Assembly: GCA_964016885.1 (NCBI GenBank)
Contig: OZ024742.1
Coordinates: forward strand, 74,152,001-74,216,000
Source: Eledone cirrhosa
Taxonomy: Eukaryota
Direction of reading: 5' to 3'
Length of the DNA: 64,000 nucleotides
Shown: positions 30,025 to 42,030 of the stretch, one piece after another
Position numbering within the stretch: the stretch's first letter is position 1
Layout of the letters: every line of letters begins with the position of its first letter
Notes under the pieces: generated by a model
Told to the model about the DNA's origin: nothing
Databases searched by the model: none
Seen by the model: the letters and a program-made list of their open reading frames with translations, nothing else
Made by a program: the position numbers and the translations under genes

Positions 30025-30527
30025 TGTACAGCCACCGGAAATAACATCTGTGAAATATACAGCGCCATCTACTTGTTAGCTAGCTACCTCAACGTGAAAC
30101 AAAAGAACCCTTAAAAGCTACCAGAATAAACGCCTACACACCGACTAAACATCAAACGATTGTTTCTGTATAAATAGAGTGGTTCCAAACACTTCGCCAG
30201 TCGACATTTGGCAGAGTCAACTCGCGTATCGTTGTTCCTCGCCTCTGCTACGTTTTGCCACTCACACACGCCTTGTACCTCGTATCGTCGCTTCATGTGA
30301 AAATAAATAATAGCTGATCGAATTTACATCTCGCCTTGCTTCGTCCCTTTCAACTTGTGCTTTCGTCTGTCCATCCTCAACAGTTCTTTTAAGGGCTATA
30401 TGCGACAACAGTCCTTTTAAGGGCTATCTTCGGATCTGATCAGACCGTATGCGATAACAGTCCTTCTAAGGGCTATTCTCGGATCTGATCAGAAGTAGTG
30501 ACCAGACTGACTAACCACGTCGCTACA
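30025..30527 (+). mobile_element. Solo LTR (Gypsy-like)
   Basis: TGTA...TACA termini, 4-bp TSD CATA, TATAAA near 30168, AATAAA near 30302; empty site in the paralog at ~31795-31822. Confidence 0.75.
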
Positions 30528-31060
30528 CATATATACTTTTTGACGTTAGATATTTTTTCTTCCTTAAATTTTCCTCTTTCTTCTCTCCTTCCCTGCTCGT
30601 ATTAAACCTATTATTTACTTTTACATATTACAATACATAAAAACAAATTTAAACCCTAACTAATTCCTCTAAGTTCATAATTCATTCAATCTCTCCTTCT
30701 TTCACATTATATCCTTAATATCCTTAATATTTTTATTTTAATAATACATATTAATAAATTCTTCTTTTTTCGCACATATTATTAAACCCTTCAATATATA
30801 AACCTTAAATAAATACTATTCTTAATTCTTTTTTCTTTAATCATAAACAACACCATTCATAAACCTCATTAACTTTTAATTTCAAAATCTTTTTAAATTA
30901 TCTATTATCTTCCAACGGTTTTTTAATTTCTCTCTGTGAGACAATGTTTTCTCAGTTGTAAAGGCTATTTCTCTCTCTCTACCACTCATTTCTCCTCCTC
31001 TCTCATCCTTCCTTCTTATACTCCTCCCCCGTCATCCTTTATTTTCATTCTTCCTCTTCC

Positions 31061-31330
31061 TTACCTTTTCTTACCCCCCACTTCTTTATGGAATGTTCTG
31101 TGGAATTTATGCAAGCAGAGAGAGAACAAGTCAGTGCGTCTATTTATTATAGAATCTAAATCAGATATAATGGTAAATTTTTCACATAAACAGAGATTGC
31201 ATGTCTTGGATAGAGAACTGTTCAAGTATGGAGAAGCAGAAGAAACCTTTTTCCAAGAGATGTTATAGTTAATATTTTTGTCTTTCAAGGACCATATGAG
31301 TTCTGAGAGTGCCGTGTTGGTTCTTTTAAG
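31061..31330 (-). pseudogene. Naiad-like PLE GIY-YIG C-terminal remnant
   Basis: TALSELIWSLKD...W..VSSASPY...CNLCLCEK..I...IINRRTDLFSLCLH; inverted partial copy at 31334-31452(+), then a 3' UTR to ~32545. Confidence 0.75.
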
Positions 31331-32443
31331 TTGGCAATCTCTGTTTATGTGAAAAATTTACCATTATATCTAATTTAGATTCTATAATAAATAGACGCAC
31401 TGACTTGTTCTCTCTCTGGTTGCATACATTCCACAGAACATCCCATAAAGTATACAGCTAATATCTAATACTTTACCAATTTAAAATCCTTTTCTCAAAG
31501 GCACATATATATATACATATATATTTCTTTAAAAATATACCCATCTTTCTACCTTATTTCAATGTTATTTATTATGCATTATATAATACTAGTTACTCAT
31601 TCTATTTCACTCCTATTTATCACTTCCCTTTCTTTCTTTTCCCTTTTTCTTTTCTTTTCTCTTTCTTTTAATTTCTAACCCCTAATCTGTACCTTTTCTT
31701 CCTAGACACTTCTCAATTATCATTGTGCCTAACGTAGAAACAATTATTACACAGCACAATATATTCTTACTTTATATCACCTTAAAAAAATCCTTCGTAA
31801 ACATAAACATTTTTTTGACGTTAGATTATTCATCCTCAATTCATTATTTTTTCCTCCCTTTCATGCTCATCTAACTTATACATATTACACTTATTCATCC
31901 TCTCTTCTACTTCTTTCACAATATATCCTTAATTACATTACTATTGCTATATATTTATATTTTTTTAATAATACATATCAACAATTTCTTTCCATCGCAC
32001 ATATTATTAAACCCTTAAATATTATTCTTAATACATATTAACAATTTCTTTTCATCGCACATATTATTAAACCCTTAAATATACAAACCTTAATTTAACA
32101 TTATTCTAAATTTTTCTCTTCGTTAATTTTCAAATTCTTTTAATTTATATATTATCTTCCAACGGTTTTTCAACCGCTCTATGTAAAACAATATATTTTT
32201 CTCAGTTATAAAAGCTATCTCTCTCTCTCTCTATCACCCATCTCTCCTCCTATCTCATCCTTCCTCATTATACTCCTCCCCCTCCACTTTTTACTCTCAT
32301 CTCCTCCTCTTTTTCATCCTTTCCACCCCCCCCCCCCTCAATTTTTTTCCCAATATCACACATCAATCTAAAACTACTTTTCATATGTTGATTTAAAACT
32401 GCACTATTCACAAGTGTGTTTTAACCTTCATATCATGTCTCCC

Positions 32444-32514
32444 TATTTTATCTGACGAAAACGCAAATGTTATTGCATGATGATATTTGTTTTTGAAATG
32501 CGCATAATAAAATA
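32444..32514 (+). ncRNA. Type I hammerhead ribozyme
   Basis: tattttat CTGACGA aaacgcaaatgttatt-gcat-gatgatatttgttttt GAAA tgcgca TA ataaaata; stem III ATGCGCAT; ~30 nt before (TA)n. Confidence 0.85.
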
Positions 32515-32542
32515 CATGGAACTCTTTTAACCATCTTTTGAT

Positions 32543-32582
<40 letters not shown>

Positions 32583-33128
32583 TTTATCCCAGGTTCAATC
32601 GGGGGTAACCACAGTAAGTAAGGTACTCAATACAAAGCAGTGTATAAATAAATAAACATATATATTTATCGTTTTCGGTACACCCGGCCGACTAACTCAC
32701 TCGATATGCAAATTAGGGTGCTCAGCCGTTAATATGCATAAGGAAAGTATATACTTTCAAACGTTCAATCGACTGACAGGAAGGTATACGGTGCTGATAA
32801 CAGCTAATAAGCTAGAAACTAGTTCATCGTTTCTTTTGTCAGTGTTGAACAAAAGGGAAACGAAGGTTGCCGAACACTGTACGGCTAATAGTTCGGGCTG
32901 TTTGTTTACAAACAAACCTAGCATTATAATAAATGTTCGGTAAACCCATACGTACATATATATATATGTGTGCATGTATGTATGTATATGCATACTACTG
33001 TACGTCTGTATACATATTTATATATATATATGTATGAAGGAAGTAATTCCGTCGGAAAGGTCCAGGAAAAAAGAGTGCTCTATGTAGGTTACAGAGCTTA
33101 ATAGTTATGTAATAAACAACATAAGATA

Positions 33129-33180
33129 ATTTACCAGTGGTTTCTTGAAAGCAAACAAATCTGCTTTCAGTCGTCAGAAT
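33129..33180 (-). ncRNA. Type I hammerhead ribozyme
   Basis: Reverse complement: att CTGACGA c tgaaagca...tgctttca a GAAA ccactgg TA aat. Confidence 0.75.
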
Positions 33181-33314
33181 GAAAAAATCACGGTGTTTTT
33201 ATTGAATGTGGATTTGAAAACAAAAATATAAGAAATATGAAAGTGAGGCTGAAGGAAGAAGAAAAAAAGATAATAAATATATAAGTATATAAGCACACAC
33301 ATACACATACACAC

Positions 33315-33411
<97 letters not shown>

Positions 33412-33465
33412 ACATATATAATTATATATATATAAATATACATACACATACACATAAATACACAA

Positions 33466-33544
<79 letters not shown>

Positions 33545-33733
33545 CGAGTAGGAACCCGACTTCTGAGCTCAAGCCGTTTCGACGGCTAATTCTGGACGTC
33601 CAGAATTAGCCGTCGAAACGGCTTGAGCTCAGCCGTCGGGGTCCTACTCGTTCCTATTACCCACTCTACTACCCTAAGTATTGAGTACTTTGGTGCGTTA
33701 TGGTCCACCTGGTTCCTTACCACATTTCCTTCG

Positions 33734-33782
<49 letters not shown>

Positions 33783-33787
<5 letters not shown>

Positions 33788-35228
33788 CAGGAAAGAAGGT
33801 TGACATGGTTTGCTATACAAAAAAGGTTTTTAATCTCATAGCTGACAAATGTTTCTCTGAACTGGTAGGTCTAGAGATCGCTATTCGCTTATTTTCACGT
33901 TACTCGATCGCCAATACAAAATTATAACCAGTCAGATCTTCGGAGCATGCGAGAATGAAGAGAATACACAGGCAAGAAAAGAATATACAGGCTACTATAT
34001 GAAGTAGTAATGGCATTCAGTTAGAACAATAACAACAATTACAACAATGCTATTAATAAATTATTTGAGGAGACCCTGACATTACTTAGGTGGGGGGTAT
34101 AGTGTATCTAAGATTACGGAGTGTAAAACTAGCTGTCATGAGGCAAAAGTAAGAGTTTGGCATGTACAGAGTATCGAAGTGTGTATCAATTTTAAATTAT
34201 AAAGATAAGCTAGTGTTTACAGTCTTTCTTTTCATCTTCAGTAACATACATGAGTGGGACAACACTGTCAAAGCTAAATAGTTGTTGAGTTAATACAGAG
34301 GTTAACGAGGTAATATACGCATATATTTATACACACACACACACATACACACACACACATATATATACATATATGCATGTGTACATAGACACATACATAC
34401 ACATCAATATACACTCGTACAAAAATATACATACATGCAAAGAGATAAGCGTGCTAATTGTAATTATGGCAAAAGGAAGGTAAAGTTACATTGTAGTAGT
34501 GATTTGAGAAAAACTAGGATTTAGGATCAAATGATGGCAGCAGCTGAGAAGGAATAAGTTTGTTGGTAGATGAGGTACTTACAGACATTTGTGTGGTATA
34601 GACTTGCGAAGGATATAGTATACTTAATGAATATATTTATGTGGGTAGTAGGTATCCTAATTTAAAGCTATGTTGTGTTGGTTCGATTCACGGAGGTTTG
34701 AATCTTATGAATTTAGTGGCAATTCTATGTCTGCAGAAGATAGATCTTTCTAACTTATTGTTAAGTAGCCTTTTTACATTTTTGAGGATATACAATAGCT
34801 CAAGATCACATAGCCCGCAGTGGGACATCCCTGGTCGAAGTTGTCGGCTGCTAAAACCTATAGTACAAGGATGTCCCACTGCGGGCTATGTGATCTTGAG
34901 CTATTGTATATCCTCAAAAATGTAAAAAGGTATTCTAGCAATAAACCGGAGATTTACTTTTTATTTTTTTTATTATTTGACAGATAAACATTTTCGTTTG
35001 ATTAATTTAGTGATGATGATAGTTTTTATGTGGTGCTAAATAGAGTTGTAGATTCGTTATTTAAGTGGCCTATACTAAAGGTAGGGATTGTTAGTTCGAA
35101 TCGTGGGGGTTTATTGGCGCAAAATCAGGCGTATAGCGAACTCTAGACCTGCCAGATCAAAGAAACAATTGTCAGCAATGTGAATAAAGCCCTTATTGTA
35201 TAGCGAACCATGTCAATCTTCTTTCTTG

Positions 35229-35230
<2 letters not shown>
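33783..35230 (-). mobile_element. Naiad-like PLE remnant with inverted ends
   Basis: GIY-YIG C-terminus at 34688-34860 (CGLCDLEL..I...LLNNKLE...CRH); local inversion 34873-34930; diverged inverted terminus 35110-35230; long-stem-II hammerhead at 33841-33946 (U4C); (TA)n on both sides. Confidence 0.7.
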
Positions 35231-35319
<89 letters not shown>

Positions 35320-35717
35320 TATAAATAAATATATAAAAATAAATAAATGACCATGTGAAGTCACATCACCATACAAAGACAAAATACATATACAAGAAAA
35401 CAAAATAATAAATAAATAAAAGTAAAATATAAAGTCAAATTTAAAAAATAAATAAATAAATAAAAAATAAAAAATTACCAAGTTGACAACGATACGAAAG
35501 AGGAAAAAAAAAAAAAAGAAAAAAAAGAAAAAAAAGAAAAAAAGAAAAAAAAAAGAAAAAAAAGAAAAAAAAGAAAAAAAAAGAAGAAAAAAAGAAAAAA
35601 AAACACAAATAAAAATAAAAATAAATAAACACACGTGGTAAGCAAAAGCACAAAATAAATATATATATATATATACAATATATTAATAAATGGAAACTAT
35701 ATTTATAAAACCATAAT

Positions 35718-35782
35718 TATTTTATTATATATATTTCAAGGGCAACCAAGGCAGTGTTGGTCCGCTTTCATCAGATAAAATA
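35718..35782 (-). ncRNA. Type I hammerhead ribozyme
   Basis: Reverse complement: tattttat CTGATGA aagcggaccaa-cactgcc-ttggttgccctt GAAA tatata TA ataaaata. Confidence 0.8.
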
Positions 35783-35907
35783 CAAGATTTGTTTTATAAA
35801 TATTGACATAATCGTGGAGTGCTTTATATCAGTTATAAACTTTTAAGCTTGTTGGAATCCCAACAAATTAAATATAACTTCTGCACATATATATATATAT
35901 GTATATA

Positions 35908-35946
<39 letters not shown>

Positions 35947-36975
35947 AAATGTGTGTAATCCTTGGTACAGTTAGGTATATTAAGACATTTCTTCACCCCT
36001 GTCTTAATATATATATATATATATATATATAAAGAATGAATAATAACAGGTAGACATCATAAAAAGGTAATTTATTCCGTGTGCTTACAAGTGTTTCCAC
36101 GGTGGTACTGCAGCCTAGTTATGCTACGTGCAAATTCACAAGTACTTGCAGAACTCGAATATCCAATGCTGTGACCACTGTTTCCTCAGAGCAGAATGGT
36201 AAATGTACAATGTAAATACCGTTAAGTGGGGTTGTTGGGGAAGATAGAGTAGAAAAGGAAGAGAGAAAAGTAGGGAAGAGGGAGAGAGAAAGAAAGATAT
36301 GCAGGGGTTGGAGAAGTAGGAGAGAGTGGCTTGTAGATATCTTAATCAAAATGTTATGGTAGGGGTTTTATTATACTGGTTACTTTTGGAGAGATGTGTT
36401 GATAGTTAAGGTCGGAATTATTTATTGCCCCAGAGGGCAGGTTCATAGATGTTGAGAGGGAGGTAGGTCAAAGGTGAGAGAGAGAGAGTGTAATGGATGT
36501 AGAGAGAGATAGGTAGAGAGAGGACAGACAAAGTATGTGTGGTGAGTGAACATTGGGTTTGTAGTAGTAATCTAGGAATTGCACTGAGTTACCATGTATA
36601 GTGATAAGCAGTGTATTGTCATGTAGTGTGGGGGGAAGAGAAGGTTGTTAGCTAGAAAGTGGTGTTATAGTTACGGGTTCGAATGTTAAGTTATTTTATA
36701 GTGAGAGAATTTAGCTTTTAGTTTGTGGTTGCAGTATAATGATCGTTCAATTCTATCGTTAAGTAGTTTATTTTTGGATTTTAATATGTGAAAGAGCTCA
36801 AGGTTACATAACCTGCAGTACTTCAATCCACTCCGATATGCACTTGCGCTGGAAAGTATATCCCATTTTAAGGTGAACTGTTGGTTGTGTTCACGGAGTT
36901 GCCAGGTCTTGTTGGCGAGCGTGGTCACAAAACGGTGATTCGGATGTTTGATTGAGAATCGATGACGGTACCAGC

Positions 36976-37417
36976 TACCCACAACAAAGAATGTAACTGC
37001 CATCTACCTGAAAGATGTCCATTGAAGAATGAATGCCTAAAGTCCAACATTGTTTACCAATGCACGGTTGAATCGAACGACCAGAAATGGTATTATATCG
37101 GATCTACCACCACATCGTTTAAATCTCGCTGGTACCGTCATCGATTCTCAATCAAACATCCGAATCACCGTTTTGTGACCACGCTCGCCAACAAGACCTG
37201 GCAACTCCGTGAACACAACCAACAGTTCACCTTAAAATGGGATATACTTTCCAGCGCAAGTGCATATCGGAGTGGATTGAAGTACTGCAGGTTATGTAAC
37301 CTTGAGCTCTTTCACATATTAAAATCCAAAAATAAACTACTTAACGATAGAATCGAACGATCATTATACTGAAACCACAAACTAAAAGCTAAATTCTCTC
37401 ACTATAAAATAACTTAA
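36976..37417 (+). pseudogene. PLE Cys-rich linker plus GIY-YIG endonuclease (Naiad-like), 5'-truncated
   Basis: CNC..P..CP..C..SNIVY...YYIGST...FKSRWYRH...W.L...KW.IL..A..Y...CRLC..E...LLN.R.E; TGA at 37370-37372 where the mirror arm has TGC. Confidence 0.85.
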
Positions 37418-37909
37418 CATTCGAACCCGTAACTTTAACACCACTTTCTAGCTAACAACCTTCTCTTCCCCCCACACTACATGACAATACACTGCTTATC
37501 ACTATACATGGTAACTCAGTGCAATTCCTAGATTACTACTACAAACCCAATGTTCACTCACCACACATACTTTGTCTGTCCCCTCTCTACCTATCTCTCT
37601 CTACATCCATTACACTCTCTCTGTCTCACCTTTGACCTACCTCCCTCTCAACATCTATGAACCTGCCCTCTGGGGCAATAAATAATTCCGACCTTAACTA
37701 TCAACACATCTCTCCAAAAGTAACCAGTATAATAAAACCCCTACCATAACATTTTGATTAAGATATCTACAAGCCACTCTCTCCTACTTCTCCAACCCCT
37801 GCATATCTTTCTTTCTCTCTCCCTCTTCCCTACTTTTCTCTCTTCCTTTTCTACTCTATCTTCCCCAACAACCCCACTTAAGGGTATTTACATTGTACAT
37901 TTACCATTC

Positions 37910-38021
37910 TGCTCTGAGGAAACAGTGGTCACAACATTGGATATTCGAGTTCTGCAAGTACTTGTGAATTTGCACGTAGCATAACTAGGCTGCAGTACCA
38001 CCGTGGAAACACTTGTAAGCA
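37910..38021 (+). ncRNA. Type I hammerhead with ~85-nt stem II domain (mirror copy 36082-36193, minus strand)
   Basis: tgct CTGAGGA aacagtggt...accaccgtg GAAA cacttg TA agca. Confidence 0.75.
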
Positions 38022-38271
38022 CACGGAATAAATTACCTTTTTATGATGTCTACCTGTTATTATTCATTCTTTATATACCCTCCGGAATACTGAAGGATCA
38101 GGAACTAAGTTTCTTGAACAATTCTTCCATAACTCGTAGAGTAACCTCTTACCGTACGTCAACCATATCCAGTGTAGTAATTAACCATTACTACATCTTG
38201 GATAATCCTATACCTAATAATATATATATATATATATATATACATATATATATACATATACATATATATAT

Positions 38272-38316
<45 letters not shown>

Positions 38317-38531
38317 CACACACATATACACACATATACATACTCACACATGCATACCCACTCGTACGCGCGCATATACTCTCAACCACACGTATAGGTA
38401 CATATATACAAATGTAGGTGTATATACATATATAAAAAAATATGTAAATACATTCACACACACATATACATGGGAAAAATACAAACAACCACATACACAC
38501 ATATATATATATAAATAAATACTTATGTATA

Positions 38532-38592
<61 letters not shown>

Positions 38593-38597
<5 letters not shown>

Positions 38598-39188
38598 TTG
38601 TTGCTCTGAAATAGCTATATATATATGAATGTATATACAGTGTATTTTGCAATACACTGTATGCTTAATAAAAAGCATTTTGAAGACCTTATGCTATTGT
38701 TTTAGAGTAGTGACAGACTCACTTACTTTAATTTCAGCAAACAGGTGGAGATAAAGCTGACAAGGCCTTGTTTCTGCATTTATTGATACTTATCAAAGCC
38801 AACTACTCCTCCTGTTTGCTGAGAACCTGGATGTTTTGGTTCTTATAGAATTCTAGTAATATATACATTCATATATATATAGCTATTTCAGAGCAACAAT
38901 TCTAATTTTTAATTTCTGCTTGACCGGCAAACGCTCTGTATAATCAGTTCCTGATTATTTACTAGAATTCTATACGAACCAAAACATCCAGGTTCTCAGC
39001 AAACGGGAGGAGTAGTTGGCTTTGATAAGCATCAATAAATGCAGAAACAAGGCCTTGTCAGCTTTATCTCCCCCTGTTTGCTGAAATTAAAGTAAGTGAG
39101 TCTGTCACTACTCTAAAACAATAGCATAAGGTCTTCAAAATGCTTTTTATTAAGCATACAGTGTATTGCAAAATACACTATATATACA

Positions 39189-39195
<7 letters not shown>
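38593..39195. mobile_element. Inverted plus partial-tandem non-autonomous PLE-like insertion
   Basis: Arrangement A-B | A'-spacer-B'-A'(part); (TA)n on both sides. Confidence 0.8.
39018..39063 (+). ncRNA. Hammerhead, U3-A8 core variant (mirror copy 38755-38800, minus strand)
   Basis: ggct TTGATAA gcat caataa atgc a GAAA caaggccttg TC agct; 12-nt palindromic stem III. Confidence 0.7.
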
Positions 39196-39286
<91 letters not shown>

Positions 39287-39420
39287 GGTTTGAGGTTCAC
39301 CACTGTATAGAGCTGGTCTATTCCGTATGGTCAATCGTAATGCAATAATATAGAGAGTACTCAACGTAAAGCAGTTCAACCGTCTTTGTTTTTGTAGTTG
39401 GTGGTGCTATTACGGAGTTA

Positions 39421-39724
39421 AATATTATAATGAAATGACAGGAGGCTGGATTTGTGTAAATCCTTGGAAGGTTTATTATACTATGATCATTTCAATGACC
39501 GGGTTCCGTATGAATCCGGTGATATCATCAGGTATTCGAAATATAATACGTGAATGTAATAGGTAAAATCCATGGATTTTACCTATTACATTCACGTATT
39601 ATATTTCGAATACCTGATGATATCACCGGATTCATACGGAACCCGGTCATTGAAATGATCATAGTATAATAAACCTTCCAAGGATTTACACAAATCCAGC
39701 CTCCTGTCATTTCATTATAATATT
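39421..39724. repeat. Spacerless palindrome (152-bp arms) with a hammerhead in each arm
   Basis: Centre CATG at 39571-39574; hammerheads at 39478-39535(-) and 39610-39667(+); further copy at 39928-39985(-). Confidence 0.9.
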
Positions 39725-39729
39725 ATTAT

Positions 39730-39774
<45 letters not shown>

Positions 39775-39841
39775 TGACGAAGGACTAATTTTATACTATG
39801 TAACCCATGTGCAACCACGCAGTATTCTTCTTTCTTCTCAT

Positions 39842-39884
<43 letters not shown>

Positions 39885-41004
39885 ATAACAGGAGGCTGGA
39901 CTGGTGTAAATCCTTGAAAGGTCTATTATACTATGATCATTTCAAAGACCGGGTTCTATATGAATCCGGTGATATCATCAGGTATTGGAATATAACAAAG
40001 GAATATGTAAAAAAAAAACATGGATCCGAAAAATCAGAGACAGAGACAATGAGGACGACCGACCAACTAGCTGCTTTCACCTCGGTCAGTCGCCCTCAAA
40101 GTGGTGGCAACTGAATCTACTAATGACCATCTGGTGAGGGGGCGAAGGCTTATAATGCATTACCACCTCTCCGCCAAAGAAAAAGGGGAAGAAAGAAAGA
40201 AAGGAAGAAAGAAGAAAAGAGGAAGAAAGAAGTCAGCGTAAGGGTCACACTACAGTCATGCTAGAAAACGCCGCGAAAAATGCTACTCCAAAGAATCTAT
40301 ATTTAACAAAGGCATATATAGATAGATGTAGTAAAAAAGAAACCAACGGAAAAATATACTAAGCTAAGAGTGTGGTCCAGCTACAAGAACGAAATAAATA
40401 AATTTAAATAGATTTAACTGGGATATCCTAAAGCATAATAAATGGAGACTTAAGATTTATTTCTTCATTAATCTATCGATCTGTTTGTCTTGTCAACAAT
40501 ATCCGACTTGATTGATTGTTTTACCGTTTTCTTATGTTATTCTGTTATTCTGCTATCCCCGAGGGAAATCACTGGCCATTGTAGTAAATGACTAAAAGTA
40601 GAGTGGTTGAGGTTATGACTGTAATGGTTGGAGGTGAGACTGAGACGGTCTTTCTAGTTGGATGGGAGTTGACTCAGTGCCAGTGACACGAGCTCATTAG
40701 GTCACCAGGTCACCATGTCACACTGGGAATGTTGTTATTCAAGTGAGATTCGATGCAATGAAGTCTGTATCAATTGGTAAAGTTTTCTACTTAATGAGAT
40801 GGGATAGTAAAGGAATATAAAGAGAACTGAAGTGGTTCTAGCAAGTGATGAAAAATAATTGATCTCCATTTTGACATGAAGCCATTTTTTTTCTGTTTAT
40901 TTTATAGGTGTTTCCAGTTAGATTTCCTGGGTTTCCTCGTCTAGAATGTTATATGTCTTCTCTCTAAGTCGAACGCTCCACCATAATATTTTATTATTAT
41001 TATA

Positions 41005-41335
41005 GGGTAGTGGATTGGTAGTATCGGTAGAGCGTTGAATAACATGCTTTTTGGCATAGAGTTACGGCACTTTTACGTTCTGAGTTCAAATCCCGCCGAG
41101 GTTAGCTTTGCCTTTCATCCTTACAGGGTCGATAAAATAAAGTACCAGTAAGGCACTGGGGTCGATTAAATCGATTAAATCGACCCACCCATCTTCAAAT
41201 TGCTGGCCTTGTGTCTAAAGTAGAAACAATTATTATTATTATCAAAGGGCGGTAGATTGGCAATATCGGTAGATTTAATCGACTTTTTCTTCCCCTCAAA
41301 TTGCTGGCCTTGTGCCTATATAAGAAACCATTATT
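41005..41335 (+). mobile_element. SINE plus adjacent partial SINE
   Basis: Same core and (ATT)n tail as the other copies. Confidence 0.85.
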
Positions 41336-41356
41336 ACTATTCCTTCTCTTCTGCAG

Positions 41357-41398
41357 GTTTGATACAACCGCTCGCGATGTTATTATCTATGGCCCAAG
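41357..41398 (+). CDS. Candidate 42-nt internal exon of an unidentified host gene
   Basis: Acceptor tccttctcttctgcag, donor AAG|gtaaga, length divisible by 3, two open frames. Confidence 0.35.
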
Positions 41399-41443
41399 GT
41401 AAGATAAGATAAATAAGTGAGCAGTTTCTTTCAGCTGCCTGCA

Positions 41444-41500
<57 letters not shown>

Positions 41501-41875
41501 ATAAATGCACATTATTTACAAGAAATGCTTGCTTTGTACATACAACTAGGTGTTGAATATAGACGAACCACACACACGCAAACACACACATACATATATA
41601 TAAAGTATAATTTAAATTAAGTGAAAAAGGTCCACCTTTAAGGTCTGTCACATTCTTCTTCTTCTCATCAGTTAATCAATGGACGGAGATTAGTAAAACT
41701 GTTTAAAGCAATGGACATTGTGAGTTCAATTCTAACCGAGAACAACTGTACTTGTCATTCTTCCGCGGTTGATAAAGTACTATTTATTTATCGGGGTCGA
41801 ATTAACCAACTACTGCATCTTGTGGCTTTGTGCCTATGTTAAAAATTATGATTATCACTTAATAAGAGAAATAGC

Positions 41876-42030
41876 ATCCGGCGGCCTCAGCCGAAATCGA
41901 CTCAACAATAGATCTCCACGTGGGTCTGTCGTTCATTGCCGTTGCCAAGTCCTGAATTTCAATACCAGAATCTTTGAAAATAACATCGGGATAGAAGAGC
42001 TTGCACCCTCTGTTATTAGTGACTGCTTGT
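41876..42030 (-). pseudogene. 3' end of an RTE/RTE-X-like LINE
   Basis: YPDVIFKDSGIEIQDLATAMNDRPTWRSIV resembles the RTE C-terminal A.DR..WR motif. Confidence 0.6.

Larger units (their letters stand above)
36026..38077. mobile_element. Fold-back Naiad-like PLE (950-bp arms, ~150-bp spacer)
   Basis: 36026-36975 is the reverse complement of 37128-38077; contains GIY-YIG coding sequence and a hammerhead in each arm. Confidence 0.9.

Noticed and set aside
37480-37540. Possible SECIS downstream of the Naiad-like ORF
   Set aside because: ATGA is present, but the apical AA and helix II spacing do not fit.
40860-40985. Minus-strand ILDEET..NWK fragment resembling a Poseidon-type GIY-YIG end
   Set aside because: Too short and degraded to call.
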